Assembly (NCBI GenBank): GCA_964531185.1
Contig: CAZHCY010000001.1
Location: forward strand, 1,757 to 30,916
Origin: an uncultured Desulfovibrionales bacterium
GTDB taxonomy: Bacteria; Desulfobacterota; Desulfovibrionia; Desulfovibrionales; Desulfonatronovibrionaceae
DNA length: 29,160 nt
Direction: 5' to 3'
Of the stretch, positions 1-9,530 are shown in pieces; within the stretch, counting starts at the first letter, position 1; every line of letters begins with the position of its first letter. Under the pieces are notes generated by a model. That model saw only the letters and a program-made list of their open reading frames with translations, ran no database searches and had not been told where the DNA came from. A program made the translations under genes and the position numbers.

Positions 1-45
1 CCAGTCCAGGGTTCTGAATTTATAATTGATCTGCCCGGTGTTTAA
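1..45 (+). CDS. 3' end of a sensor histidine kinase (HATPase_c C-terminus), partial
   Basis: Frame 1 reads PVQGSEFIIDLPGV*, matching the G-[ST]-x-F-x-I-x-LP terminal motif of HATPase_c domains; lies directly upstream of a response regulator. Confidence 0.6.
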   Translation, partial: PVQGSEFIIDLPGV

Positions 46-182
46 TTTTTCAACTGAGGCGGCATAAAAATGCATCAGGGCCGGGTTTTAAGACATGCAG
101 GTCAAAAAAAGTCCAGGCAGACGGGACCGCCTCTGGAGGCAATCATTGCCTTTCAAAAACCCGGAGCAAAGGAATTGAGCGC

Positions 183-1595
183 ATGAGCAGGCAGGACATT
201 TTGATTGTTGATGACGAGCAGGACATGCTTGAAGGCCTGAAGCGGATTCTGCCCCTTGAGCTGGAAGAGGTTTCCATTCAGGTGATTTCCAGTCCCCTGA
301 AGGCCCTGGACCTTATCGGGGACTCAGGCTTTGATCTGATTCTAATGGATGTCCGCATGCCGGAAATGGATGGCATTGAGCTTTTGGAAAAGGTCATGGA
401 AGCAGATTCCCAAAGCACGGTGATCATGATGACTGCTTACGGCACCATTGAGACTGCTGTGCAAGCCATTAAGATGGGGGCCTATGATTTTATCACCAAG
501 CCTTTTGAGATACCTGATCTGATCAGGCAGGTGAGAAAAGGGCTGGAGCGCAGCAAGCTGCTCAGAGAGAATGATATGCTCAGACGCCGCATGAGCGGGC
601 AGGGGCCTTTTGAAAATATCGTGGGCCAGAGTCCGGTCATGAAAAAACTCTTTGCCACCATTGAATCAGTAGCAGCCACTGACTATTCTGTGCTCATAAG
701 AGGGGAATCAGGCACTGGCAAGGAACTGGTGGCCAGGGCCGTGCATGCCTTGAGCAAGCGCAGGAACAAACCCCTCATCAGCGTCAACTGCCCGGCCATA
801 CCTGAGCACCTTCTGGAAAGCGAGCTTTTCGGACATAAAAAAGGGGCTTATACCGGGGCCCTTAAGGATCGCAAAGGCTTTTTTGTGGAGGCTCATGGCT
901 CCAGCCTGCTTCTGGACGAGATAGCTGACATACCGGTCAGTATTCAGACCAAGCTTTTGCGGGCCCTGCAGGAAAGGGAGATCAGGCCTCTGGGGGCCAA
1001 CAGCAATGTCCGGGTGGATGTCCGGATTCTGTCCACCACCAACCAGGATCTGGAGGGCAAGATCAGAGACAGATCTTTCAGGGAAGATCTTTTTTACAGG
1101 CTGAACGTTGTATCCGTGACTACCCCGAGCCTTAGAGAAATCAGGGATGACATCCCCCTGCTGGTGGAGCATTTCAACCAGCAGGTTGCAGATGAGCTGG
1201 ACATTGAACCCAGAAAAATCAGCAACCAGGTGGTGGAGAACCTGATGCACCGGGAGTGGCCGGGCAATACCAGGGAGCTGCAGAACTATGTACGCAGGAT
1301 GATTGTATTTTCCAGAGGTGAAGAAGTTACCCTTGAGGACCTGGGGGGAGTGGACGGTTCTGAAGCAACTCAAGACTTTGAACAAAGTTCAGGCTTTCAG
1401 GCACAGGAGTTTGAAGACTATTCCCAGGCCAAATCACGGGTGATCAACGATTTTACTGAAAGATACGTCAGGCGCATTCTTGAACGAACCGGAGGGAATA
1501 TTACCAGAGCGGCCAGGCTGGCTGGTCTGAGCAGAGTGGCTCTGCAGAAGATCCTGCGCAGGCTGAAGGTTGATCCTGAAACCTACAGGCAATAA
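183..1595 (+). CDS. Sigma54-dependent response regulator (NtrC/AtoC family; REC-AAA+-HTH)
   Basis: REC (ILIVDDE, LILMDVRMP, FITKPF); Walker A GESGTGKE; ELFGHKKGAYTGA; Walker B LLLDEI; RED LFYRLNV; WPGNTREL; Fis-type HTH (GGNITRAARLAGLSRVALQKIL). Confidence 0.95.
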   Translation: MSRQDILIVDDEQDMLEGLKRILPLELEEVSIQVISSPLKALDLIGDSGFDLILMDVRMPEMDGIELLEKVMEADSQSTVIMMTAYGTIETAVQAIKMGAYDFITKPFEIPDLIRQVRKGLERSKLLRENDMLRRRMSGQGPFENIVGQSPVMKKLFATIESVAATDYSVLIRGESGTGKELVARAVHALSKRRNKPLISVNCPAIPEHLLESELFGHKKGAYTGALKDRKGFFVEAHGSSLLLDEIADIPVSIQTKLLRALQEREIRPLGANSNVRVDVRILSTTNQDLEGKIRDRSFREDLFYRLNVVSVTTPSLREIRDDIPLLVEHFNQQVADELDIEPRKISNQVVENLMHREWPGNTRELQNYVRRMIVFSRGEEVTLEDLGGVDGSEATQDFEQSSGFQAQEFEDYSQAKSRVINDFTERYVRRILERTGGNITRAARLAGLSRVALQKILRRLKVDPETYRQ

Positions 1596-1632
1596 AAGCC
1601 GGACGTGGCAAAAAACGCTGCCCGGCTGATTA

Positions 1633-2013
1633 TCAGACAAACATGTCAATGACCATGCCGGCCAGATCCTGGTCCGTGCCTATGACGCTGGCGTTGGCGG
1701 CTATGGCCTGCTGGTCCCTGATCATGGTGGTGAACTCCTGGACCAGGTCGGTGTTGCTGCCTTCTACCAGGGCCGGCTGCTGCTCCATGTGCCCCTGCTG
1801 GTTTTCCACTGTTTCCTGCCTTTGAATCAAAGGACCTGGAGATGTGTCTTCTCTTACCGCGGCAGGCTGCACGCCCCGGCCTTCAGGGCCTGTTTCAAGG
1901 TCCAGGCGTTTGGCTTTGTACTCATCCGTGTTCATGTTGGCTATATTGTTGGCAGTGACACTTTGAGACAGAGAGTGTGCCCGAAGGGCTTCAACGCTGG
2001 GTGATGAAATCAT
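1633..2013 (-). CDS. Short flagellar basal-body rod family protein (FlgC/FlgG-like N- and C-terminal motifs)
   Basis: N-terminal ANNIANMNTDEYK rod motif and C-terminal EGSNTDLVQEFTTMI...AANASVI motif; SD GGAGG upstream of the ATG. Confidence 0.8.
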   Translation of the reverse strand: MISSPSVEALRAHSLSQSVTANNIANMNTDEYKAKRLDLETGPEGRGVQPAAVREDTSPGPLIQRQETVENQQGHMEQQPALVEGSNTDLVQEFTTMIRDQQAIAANASVIGTDQDLAGMVIDMFV

Positions 2014-2064
2014 GTTCAGGCCTCCTGGAAAATCAAGTCAGGGCATTTTCTCATATCCAGTTGT

Positions 2065-2910
2065 TTAAGCATTTTCCAGCTGGGAGGCAATATCCTGGGA
2101 CGGATTTATGCCGATAACAGTCATTTTGCAGCGGTTGGCGGTTCTGATGGCCTTTTCCTGGTCAAAAAAAAGGCTGGTCCGGGCTTCATAGGCCAGACAT
2201 GAAGCTCTGGCCCGGGCCATGGTCTCGATGGTGCCGGCTCCCAGGGCAGGCAGATCAATGCGCTGGTCCTGACCAGGCTTAAAGGTTTTGATGACACAGC
2301 ACCCAGGTCCCACAAGGCCCCCGGCCCGGAGAATGGCAGCATCAGTCCCTTCAATGGCTTCCACAGCCACCACAGCCTTTTCCCGGACCACCAGGCATTG
2401 CCCGATATCCATGGCCCCGATCTGTTTGATGAGAGGCCAGCCAAAGAGGATATCCTCTTTTTCCTGTCTGGAGGGTTTTCTCCTGGTCAAACAGCCTGGA
2501 ACAGAGATCAGCTCAGGCACATATTTGACGGCGGACACCACTTCCATGCCCTCATTGCTCAGTTCTCTGGCCACTGCTGACAAAAGGGAATTGTCATTGC
2601 GGCTTTTCAGGCCGATCAAAAGCCTGATGGCCCTGAAGTCAGGGCGGATGTCAAAGGCCCCGGGCTTGTTGATGGGGCCGGCAAAGACCACTTCACGGAC
2701 ATTCTGCTCTTTGAAGTACTTGATCATTTTGCCCAGCTGGCCGAGTTTGATCCAGATGAGATCCTGAGCAATGTCCTGCAGTTCAGGGCCGGTCTCCCGG
2801 TCAAAGGCCACTGCAGCCACCTTTAAGCCCTTTTCCCTGGCCCTTTGAGCCACCAGCACAGGAAACCGTCCTCCTCCGGCCACAAGCCCCAGAATCCTGC
2901 TTTTATCCAT
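2065..2910 (-). CDS. lpxI: UDP-2,3-diacylglucosamine diphosphatase LpxI
   Basis: ILGLVAGGGRFP start, DIGQCLVV, AVEAIEGTDAAILRAG, QDQRIDLP motifs; follows lpxA. Start moved to ATG 2910 (SD AGGAG, overlapping lpxA end). Confidence 0.9.
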   Translation of the reverse strand: MDKSRILGLVAGGGRFPVLVAQRAREKGLKVAAVAFDRETGPELQDIAQDLIWIKLGQLGKMIKYFKEQNVREVVFAGPINKPGAFDIRPDFRAIRLLIGLKSRNDNSLLSAVARELSNEGMEVVSAVKYVPELISVPGCLTRRKPSRQEKEDILFGWPLIKQIGAMDIGQCLVVREKAVVAVEAIEGTDAAILRAGGLVGPGCCVIKTFKPGQDQRIDLPALGAGTIETMARARASCLAYEARTSLFFDQEKAIRTANRCKMTVIGINPSQDIASQLENA

Positions 2911-3709
2911 CAGACTCCTGTTGTTTTTCCCTGGAGATGATCCCCCTTTTGCTTGATTCAATAAAAGATATCATTTTTTCCACAGTTTCAAAGCCTGCAA
3001 ACTGCTCTCTGGCTCTGGACACTGCTTCCTGTCTTGAAAGGCCGGAATCCCAGAGAATTTGAAAGGCCTTTTTGACGGCCTTGATTTGCTGGCGGTCAAA
3101 ACCTGCCCTGCGCATGCCGATGATATTGGGGCCGTAAGTTTTGACTCTTTCCCCTGCAGCCAGAAGGTAGGGGGGAACATCCTGGGCAACACCGCTCTTG
3201 CCGCCGATAAAGGAGAATTCTCCGATATGGACGAACTGATGGACAGCTGAAAGCCCGCCTATGACCACCTTTTGTCCCAGATGAACATGCCCTCCCAGGG
3301 TGGCACCATTGGCCATGATCACTCCATTTTCCAGCCTGCAGTCATGGGCTACATGGGTGTAGGCCATAAGAAAGCAATGGGACCCGATATAAGTAACTCC
3401 GTCTCCTTCTGGTGTGCCCCGGTTCAGGGTGGCGTATTCCCTGATCTTGTTGTTATCCCCGATTTTCAGCCAGGTTTCCTGGCCCTGATATTTTATATCC
3501 TGGGGGGCTTCACCCAGGCATGAATATGAATAAATGTGGTTGGTTTTTCCCAGAGAAGTAAAGTTTTTGATCTGGGCAAAGGGGTCCACTCTGGTGCCGT
3601 CCCCCAGAATGGTGTTGGATTCAATGATGACGTATGGACCAATGGTCACATCCTTACCCAGCTGACAACCGGAGTCAATGATGGCTGTGGGGTGTATGCT
3701 GCCGGCCAT
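2903..3709 (-). CDS. lpxA: Acyl-ACP--UDP-N-acetylglucosamine O-acyltransferase
   Basis: IHPTAII start, hexapeptide repeats, PQDIKY, IREYATLNRGT, LMAYTHVAHDC, GLSAVHQF; TAATG overlap with fabZ. Confidence 0.97.
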   Translation of the reverse strand: MAGSIHPTAIIDSGCQLGKDVTIGPYVIIESNTILGDGTRVDPFAQIKNFTSLGKTNHIYSYSCLGEAPQDIKYQGQETWLKIGDNNKIREYATLNRGTPEGDGVTYIGSHCFLMAYTHVAHDCRLENGVIMANGATLGGHVHLGQKVVIGGLSAVHQFVHIGEFSFIGGKSGVAQDVPPYLLAAGERVKTYGPNIIGMRRAGFDRQQIKAVKKAFQILWDSGLSRQEAVSRAREQFAGFETVEKMISFIESSKRGIISREKQQESDG

Positions 3710-4173
3710 TACTGGTCTTCCCTGTCCACTATTGCCGCGGAAAAAAGCCCCTGGGCTGCAGTGGCTCCGTCTACATATGATGTGGCGTGCATCTTCCAGA
3801 GATTATTCTTGTGCCTGCCGTAATCCACCTGAATGATAAGCTGATCTCCCGGAAAAACAGGTCTGCGGAACCGGACCTTGTCCAGTCCGGCAAACAGAAA
3901 TATCTTGCCGGCCATTTCATCCTTGATGCTTTTGATGACCATAATGCCGCCGGTCTGAGCCATTGCTTCCAGAATGAGGACGCCGGGCATAACCGGGTAC
4001 ATGGGGAAATGTCCCTGAAAATGCGGTTCATTCAGAGTAATGTTTTTCACGGCCTTGATGAATGTAAACGGCACGAACTCCAGCACTCTGTCCACCAGCA
4101 GAAAGGGATATCTGTGAGGCAAAAGATCGAGAATGTCTCTGCTGACGATTTCACCCTGAACCGGAGGTTTCAC
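3709..4173 (-). CDS. fabZ: 3-hydroxyacyl-ACP dehydratase
   Basis: [43 protein letters not shown]; GTG start overlapping lpxD stop. Confidence 0.97.
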   Translation of the reverse strand: MKPPVQGEIVSRDILDLLPHRYPFLLVDRVLEFVPFTFIKAVKNITLNEPHFQGHFPMYPVMPGVLILEAMAQTGGIMVIKSIKDEMAGKIFLFAGLDKVRFRRPVFPGDQLIIQVDYGRHKNNLWKMHATSYVDGATAAQGLFSAAIVDREDQ

Positions 4174-5204
4174 CTGTTTTCTCCTTTTGTTGATTCCTGT
4201 TCCATACTGCTGATCTGTTTTTCCAGTTTTTTAACTTTTTTGAAAAGCTCGGGAAGTCTGGGGTACAGGACTGCGTTTTTCAGGAAAGCAGCATGGGACA
4301 CAGCAGGGATGCCGCCGTAATCCCGGCCTCCTTCCAGAGATCTGCTGATACCTGATTTGGCCGCAACTCTGGCTTTGCTGCCGATTTCAAGATGCCCGGC
4401 CACTCCCACCTGTCCTCCCAGAATTACATTGTCACCCAGCCTGCTGCTGCCTGAAATACCCACCTGGGACACGATGACGCAGTTCTTTCCTATGCGCACG
4501 TTGTGGGCAATCTGAACCAGGTTGTCGATTTTGGTGCCGGAACCAACAACTGTCTGACCAAGGGTGGCCCGGTCAATGGTGGTGCAGGAACCGATTTCCA
4601 CATCATCTTCTATTACCACCATGCCCAGTTGAGGAATTTTCTCCCGGCACTGACCGTGTTCAGCAAACCCGAAGCCGTCAGAGCCGATTACTGCACCGGG
4701 ATGAATGACAACCCTGCTGCCTATTAAACATCCGGCCATAATGCTTACCTGTGGATAGATAACGCAGTCTTGGCCAACCCGGCAATTTTCACCAATGTAT
4801 ACATGGGGAAAAATTCTGGTCCCGGCTCCGATGCAGGCACCGGCTCCCACAAAGGCCATGGGGTGGACTATGGCCTGGGGGTGGATGTCAGCCCCGGGCT
4901 GAATGTTGGCCTGTTCCGGGCAGGACTTGTCCAGCCCCTGGGGGGACTCGAAAAATTTCATTGTCCTGGCCAGGTCCAGGTAGGGAGCGCTGCTTATAAC
5001 GGCTCTGCTGACCCTGGCAGCCTGCTCGGCCTTCAGGATGACAGCCCCGGCCCTGGTGATTTCAAGCTGGGGCAGATACTTTGCATCAGCCAGAAAAGAA
5101 ATCTGGTCCGGCCGGGCGTCCTCCAGGGTGTTGACCCCGGTAATTTCCAGATCATCCCCGGTAAAAGAAAGCCCCAGCCGGGCAACAAGTTCTGAAAGGA
5201 GCAT
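4170..5204 (-). CDS. lpxD: UDP-3-O-(3-hydroxyacyl)glucosamine N-acyltransferase
   Basis: [54 protein letters not shown]. Confidence 0.97.
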   Translation of the reverse strand: MLLSELVARLGLSFTGDDLEITGVNTLEDARPDQISFLADAKYLPQLEITRAGAVILKAEQAARVSRAVISSAPYLDLARTMKFFESPQGLDKSCPEQANIQPGADIHPQAIVHPMAFVGAGACIGAGTRIFPHVYIGENCRVGQDCVIYPQVSIMAGCLIGSRVVIHPGAVIGSDGFGFAEHGQCREKIPQLGMVVIEDDVEIGSCTTIDRATLGQTVVGSGTKIDNLVQIAHNVRIGKNCVIVSQVGISGSSRLGDNVILGGQVGVAGHLEIGSKARVAAKSGISRSLEGGRDYGGIPAVSHAAFLKNAVLYPRLPELFKKVKKLEKQISSMEQESTKGENR

Positions 5205-5248
5205 AGGAACCCCGGTGCAGTTTTTGAATTGTCAGACAGCTTGGCAAG

Positions 5249-5791
5249 TTATTCCTCTTCCTGCTCAGCCTTTTCTTTGGCTTCCCAGGCCTTGTTCAGT
5301 TTACTGATGATTTCCTCTGTGATGTTCAGGGCATCATCGGCATAAATGATGCCGCTGGACTGGGCATCGAAAATCATGGTGAATTCATGTTTTTCTCCAT
5401 AATCATCAACTACTTCAAACAGGACATCAATGATGGGGGCGGACAGGGCCCGTTCCTCTTCCTGCATCTGCAGCTGATAATTCTGGGTTTTTTCCTGGAA
5501 TTCAGTAACTTTCCGGCGCAGTTCACTTTCCAGGTCCTTCTGGGCATCCTGGCTGAGCACAAGACTCTGTTTTTCCATTTCCTGGCGCATCTCTTCCAGT
5601 TTATCTCTTTCCTGCTCCAGTTCACCACGCATGCCTTCAAATCTGGCGGCTAAACTGTCCAGAGCCTTCTGGCCGGGCTCTGAAGACTCCAGAACCCGCT
5701 GGACCTCAACATAGGCCATCTTGGCCAGGGCCGGGGTTGATAAAAATAACAAGACAGCTAATGCCGTAATGATGGTTTTCAGATAATGCAT
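5249..5791 (-). CDS. skp: OmpH/Skp periplasmic chaperone
   Basis: Signal peptide MHYLK...PALA, KMAYVEVQRVL, long coiled coil, C-terminal IIYADDALNITEEII; located between bamA and lpxD; SD AAGGAG before ATG 5791. Confidence 0.9.
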   Translation of the reverse strand: MHYLKTIITALAVLLFLSTPALAKMAYVEVQRVLESSEPGQKALDSLAARFEGMRGELEQERDKLEEMRQEMEKQSLVLSQDAQKDLESELRRKVTEFQEKTQNYQLQMQEEERALSAPIIDVLFEVVDDYGEKHEFTMIFDAQSSGIIYADDALNITEEIISKLNKAWEAKEKAEQEEE

Positions 5792-5945
5792 GTTAATCTC
5801 CTTGAATAAGCTGTTTTTATGTTTGAAGTAAAAGATGAAACCTGCCAAGAACTGAAAAGGAAATGACTGAGCAAAAAAACTTTTTTTTTAGCCTTCAGCT
5901 TCACCAGCCTGATTTCTTTATCTTTACCTTTAACTTTTAATCCTC

Positions 5946-6018
5946 GTAACAGTTCAGCCGTTTGCATGAGGCACGGGGTGCCTGTCCCCTGCGCCCTTAA
6001 AAAGGGCTAACCTGTTAC
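5946..6018 (-). mobile_element. 73-bp MITE-like element with GTAAC...GTTAC termini (IS66-like ends)
   Basis: Ends GTAACAGTTCAGCC / GGCTAACCTGTTAC are imperfect inverted repeats; flanks TAATCCTC / TAACTCTC (6/8 identical, candidate 8-bp TSD); both ends homologous to 12536-12696. Confidence 0.65.
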
Positions 6019-6142
6019 TAACTCTCAAGTTTCTTAGATCAGCCAAAAAACCAGGGCCGGGGTGTCTGTCCCCATGCCGGTTTCCGCGCCCCCCTGAATG
6101 GTTGCGAGACAGGGCATGACCTGTAATCCCAGTGGCACAGGG

Positions 6143-8821
6143 TCAGAATATGTGCCCCAGACTGAATTCCAATTTGTTCTCCCTCTTGCCGTACAGTTTG
6201 TCCAGGCCATAGCCGTACTCCACCCGGATGGGCCCCAGAGGAGAGTACCACCTGATGCCGGCTCCAATGCTCTTGTACAGGTCAAAATCAATGGCTTCTC
6301 CTTTGTCCCAGACCTTGCCCGCATCAAAAAAGGTGACCCCCATGAGCCCCACCTCTTCATTCAGGGGAAAGATGATCTCCAGGTTGGTGAAGAAGTGCTT
6401 ATCTCCGCCCTTGACCTCATTGTCTTCATAGCGCGGTGCGATTTTTCTGGCTGAGTAGCCCCGGACGCTGTTGATGCCTCCCAGGGTAAACAGTTCAAAA
6501 TTGGGTATCTTTTGGCTGGTGTTTTCCATTACATACCCGGCCTGACCTCTCCAGTGAAATATGGTCTTGCCCACAAGGGGATGATAAAAGTCAGACTTGT
6601 AAATGTACTTGATGAAGTTGTCATCTCCGCCCAGGAGGCCTCCTCCGTACTCCGCAGACAGGGTGTTGACCGTGCCTCTGCTGGGATTGAGGCGTCTGTT
6701 GGTGGTGTCTCTGGTGGCAGCCACATATGCCGAGCTTGACCAGTTGTCCCCTTCTATGTCCCGGATATCCCGGTGGGCGTCTTTGTCAATATCTTTGATG
6801 GTGTACTGCTCCAGCCGGTAGTTCCAGTATAAAGTAGTATATTCGCCCAGGGGGTAAGAAAAGCGTATTCTTCCGCCTCTGGTTTTTTTGTCATAGGTGA
6901 AGTACTCGTCGTCAAGCCAGTACAGATCGCCTCCAAGCCCCAGTTTTGTATCCCTGAAGTAAGGATCCCAGAATCCCAGGTCAAAGCTGGTGGTCCTGCT
7001 GCCGAAGGATCCTCTGAAACTGAGATCATAGCCCTTGCCGAACAGGTTGCGCTGCTGGATGGTGCCGGTAAAAAACACCTTGTCATAGCTGGAATATCCA
7101 GCCCCGGCAGACAAAACTCCGGTGGGCTCCTCCCGGACCCTGACCACCAGATCGATTTCATCCTCTTCAGTGGTGGGCACGGGTTCAATTTCAACGGTTT
7201 CAAAAAAATCCAGCTTTTCCAGACGTTCATTGGAACGCCTGAGGGCAGTACCGCTGAACAGGTCTCCGTCAGACAGCCTCATTTCCCTGAGGATGACGTT
7301 GTCCCGGGTCCTGTAGTTGCCCTCGGTCTCAACGCGGTTAATGTATATCTTTTTGCCTTTGCTGAGGACATAAACCAGATTCACCACATGTTCTTCCCGG
7401 TCCACGTCCATTTCCACATCAGCCTCGGCAAAAGCATATCCAAAGTCGGTATAGAAGTTTTTCAGGTCCTGCAGGTCGTCACGCATGACTGACTGATTGA
7501 AGTATTCCTGTTCCTTTGCCAGCTCATCAATGCTGATGATCTCCAGCAGATCAGCCTCAGATTCCAGCAGAGATCCGGCAAAGGTAACTTCTCCTGCTTT
7601 GTACCTGGGTCCTTCCTCCACATAAAAGGTAAGAAAGATCCCTTCTTCTTCATACTCCACCTCCGGCTGCCCCACCCGGGCATCAATAAAACCCTGGTTG
7701 GCGTAATAGGCTTCCAGGGCGGCAGCGTCGCGGTCCAGCAGTTCTTCGCGCAGCACTCCCTTGCCTGTAAGCCAGGACAGAAAACCTCTTTTTTTGAGGA
7801 TCATTTCCTTGCGCAGTTCCCGCTGGCTGAAACTTTCAGCACCCTTGATCTCAATGCCCTGAATGTAGAGTTTATTGCCTTCATTGATGCGGATATTCAG
7901 ATTGGCTGTTCGCTGGTTAATGGGGGAGACAGTGTAGTCCACTGTTGCATTGTAGTAGCCCTTGCCCCGGTAAAGCTCCCGGATCTTGTCCAGATCTTCA
8001 CTGATAATTTCCTGATTGAGCACGGAACCGGTGGTGGTGGACAGGGACTGACGGATATCCTTTTCCTTGACCTTGTCCGCCCCCAGAATATTGATGTTCT
8101 GAATGCGTGGCTTTTCTTCTACAATTATGAGTACATGCCTGCCGTCAGGAGTTTCCCGGGCCTCAAGCTGAACATCCTCGAAATATCCCAGTTCATAGAT
8201 TCTGTTGAGCTCTTCATTGAGCATTTCTGGTTCAAACAGATCACCTTCCTGCATGTTCAGATGCAGCAGAATTACATCCGGATCCAGGGTTTCGGTGCCC
8301 TGAACCTCAATGGAGGCGATGCGGTCCTCCTGGCGCATCTGCTCATAAATTTTGTCAGCCAGTTCTTCCACTGCAGGCAGGATATTGATGAGCCCCTGTT
8401 TGGAAATATGGAAGGGCACGGTTTGTTTTTCCTGAAATCCATCCACCAGGCGAACATCAAGGCTGATATATTCCTCTACGCTGCTTAAGCTGCCGTAAAC
8501 TGCATACCTGCTTTCAGCAGCCAGGGTCAGGCGGCGGGCTTCTTCCAGATCCAGCACGCTGATGTCCCGGCTGTCAATGACTGACTGTATTTTATCCATG
8601 TCCAGCACATGGAGGCCTTTATCCCGGAGTTCATCAACCAGCAGGGCCGGAAGATCGGATTCAAGGTGGGACATTTCCTCTGGCGCATTGATTTCAAAGG
8701 GCAGCACAGCTATACTGTCCTGGGCGCAGGCGGGCCGGACTGCTGTGGTCTGAAGCAGAGCCAGAAGCAGGGCCAGAAAAAGTCCTGAAACAAACCTGTA
8801 ATCAACTTTTTGAAAGAGCAT
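6143..8821 (-). CDS. bamA: Outer membrane protein assembly factor BamA with an extra N-terminal domain
   Basis: Signal peptide, POTRA repeats, GNYRTRDNVILREMR, beta-barrel with VRGY loop-6 motif, WYSPLGPIR, C-terminal Phe. Confidence 0.96.
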   Translation of the reverse strand: MLFQKVDYRFVSGLFLALLLALLQTTAVRPACAQDSIAVLPFEINAPEEMSHLESDLPALLVDELRDKGLHVLDMDKIQSVIDSRDISVLDLEEARRLTLAAESRYAVYGSLSSVEEYISLDVRLVDGFQEKQTVPFHISKQGLINILPAVEELADKIYEQMRQEDRIASIEVQGTETLDPDVILLHLNMQEGDLFEPEMLNEELNRIYELGYFEDVQLEARETPDGRHVLIIVEEKPRIQNINILGADKVKEKDIRQSLSTTTGSVLNQEIISEDLDKIRELYRGKGYYNATVDYTVSPINQRTANLNIRINEGNKLYIQGIEIKGAESFSQRELRKEMILKKRGFLSWLTGKGVLREELLDRDAAALEAYYANQGFIDARVGQPEVEYEEEGIFLTFYVEEGPRYKAGEVTFAGSLLESEADLLEIISIDELAKEQEYFNQSVMRDDLQDLKNFYTDFGYAFAEADVEMDVDREEHVVNLVYVLSKGKKIYINRVETEGNYRTRDNVILREMRLSDGDLFSGTALRRSNERLEKLDFFETVEIEPVPTTEEDEIDLVVRVREEPTGVLSAGAGYSSYDKVFFTGTIQQRNLFGKGYDLSFRGSFGSRTTSFDLGFWDPYFRDTKLGLGGDLYWLDDEYFTYDKKTRGGRIRFSYPLGEYTTLYWNYRLEQYTIKDIDKDAHRDIRDIEGDNWSSSAYVAATRDTTNRRLNPSRGTVNTLSAEYGGGLLGGDDNFIKYIYKSDFYHPLVGKTIFHWRGQAGYVMENTSQKIPNFELFTLGGINSVRGYSARKIAPRYEDNEVKGGDKHFFTNLEIIFPLNEEVGLMGVTFFDAGKVWDKGEAIDFDLYKSIGAGIRWYSPLGPIRVEYGYGLDKLYGKRENKLEFSLGHIF

Positions 8822-9497
8822 AGAGTTTACCCGCCTTCAACTCATAGTTGAGATTCATGCACTGGGCCAGTTCAAGATTGTGGGTAACCACAATCAGAGT
8901 CATGTTCATCTGTCTGTTCAGCCTGAGGAGCAGTTCACCGATTTCCCGCCCTTTGGTGAGGTCCAGATTGCCGGTGGGTTCATCCGCCAGCAGTACACGT
9001 GGGCTGGACATGACCGCTCTGGCAATGGCCACCCTCTGACTTTCCCCGCCGGAGAGGGTGGTCACCCTCTGGTCAGCCCGGTCAGCCAGCCCCACCTGGT
9101 CCAGAGCGGCCAGGGCCCGGCGCCGGGCGGTTTTTCGGTCCACTCCCTGAATGATAGCCGGAACAGCTACATTTTCAATGGTGCTGAATTCCGGAAGAAG
9201 ATGATGGAACTGAAAAATAAAACCCATATGGTTTTGTCTTAGTTCAGCTTTTTTTTCAGGAGAAATCAGTCCCAGATCTGTTTCATTGAAAAATATCCGA
9301 CCAGATGAAGGATCATCCAGAGTACCCAGGATATGCAGAAGAGTGCTTTTCCCTGAGCCAGAGGCACCGGAAACAGCCAGAGACTGGCCTTCCTGGATCT
9401 CAAGATCAATGCTGTCCAGTACAGTCACTGATTCCGCTGCCCGGCTGAATACCCGGCTGATTTTTTCCAGCCTGTAGATTGCCGGGCTCAAGACCAT
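8802..9497 (-). CDS. lolD: Lipoprotein-releasing ABC transporter ATP-binding protein
   Basis: GASGSGKSTLL, GFIFQFHHLLPEFS, LSGGESQRVAIARA, LADEPTGNLD, VVTHN; the true start may be TTG 9491 given SD spacing. Confidence 0.92.
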   Translation of the reverse strand: MVLSPAIYRLEKISRVFSRAAESVTVLDSIDLEIQEGQSLAVSGASGSGKSTLLHILGTLDDPSSGRIFFNETDLGLISPEKKAELRQNHMGFIFQFHHLLPEFSTIENVAVPAIIQGVDRKTARRRALAALDQVGLADRADQRVTTLSGGESQRVAIARAVMSSPRVLLADEPTGNLDLTKGREIGELLLRLNRQMNMTLIVVTHNLELAQCMNLNYELKAGKLYALSKS

Positions 9498-9530
9498 ACT
9501 CCTGGCAAGAGGGGCAATGAAAATCCCTTG

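Noticed and set aside
1606-1621. TGGCA...GC sigma54-like promoter after the response regulator
   Set aside because: GG-to-GC spacing is 11 rather than 10 and there is no plus-strand gene downstream
2111-2118. GCCGATAA sigma28 -10 near the rod-protein gene
   Set aside because: It is on the plus strand inside lpxI, the wrong orientation for the minus-strand rod gene
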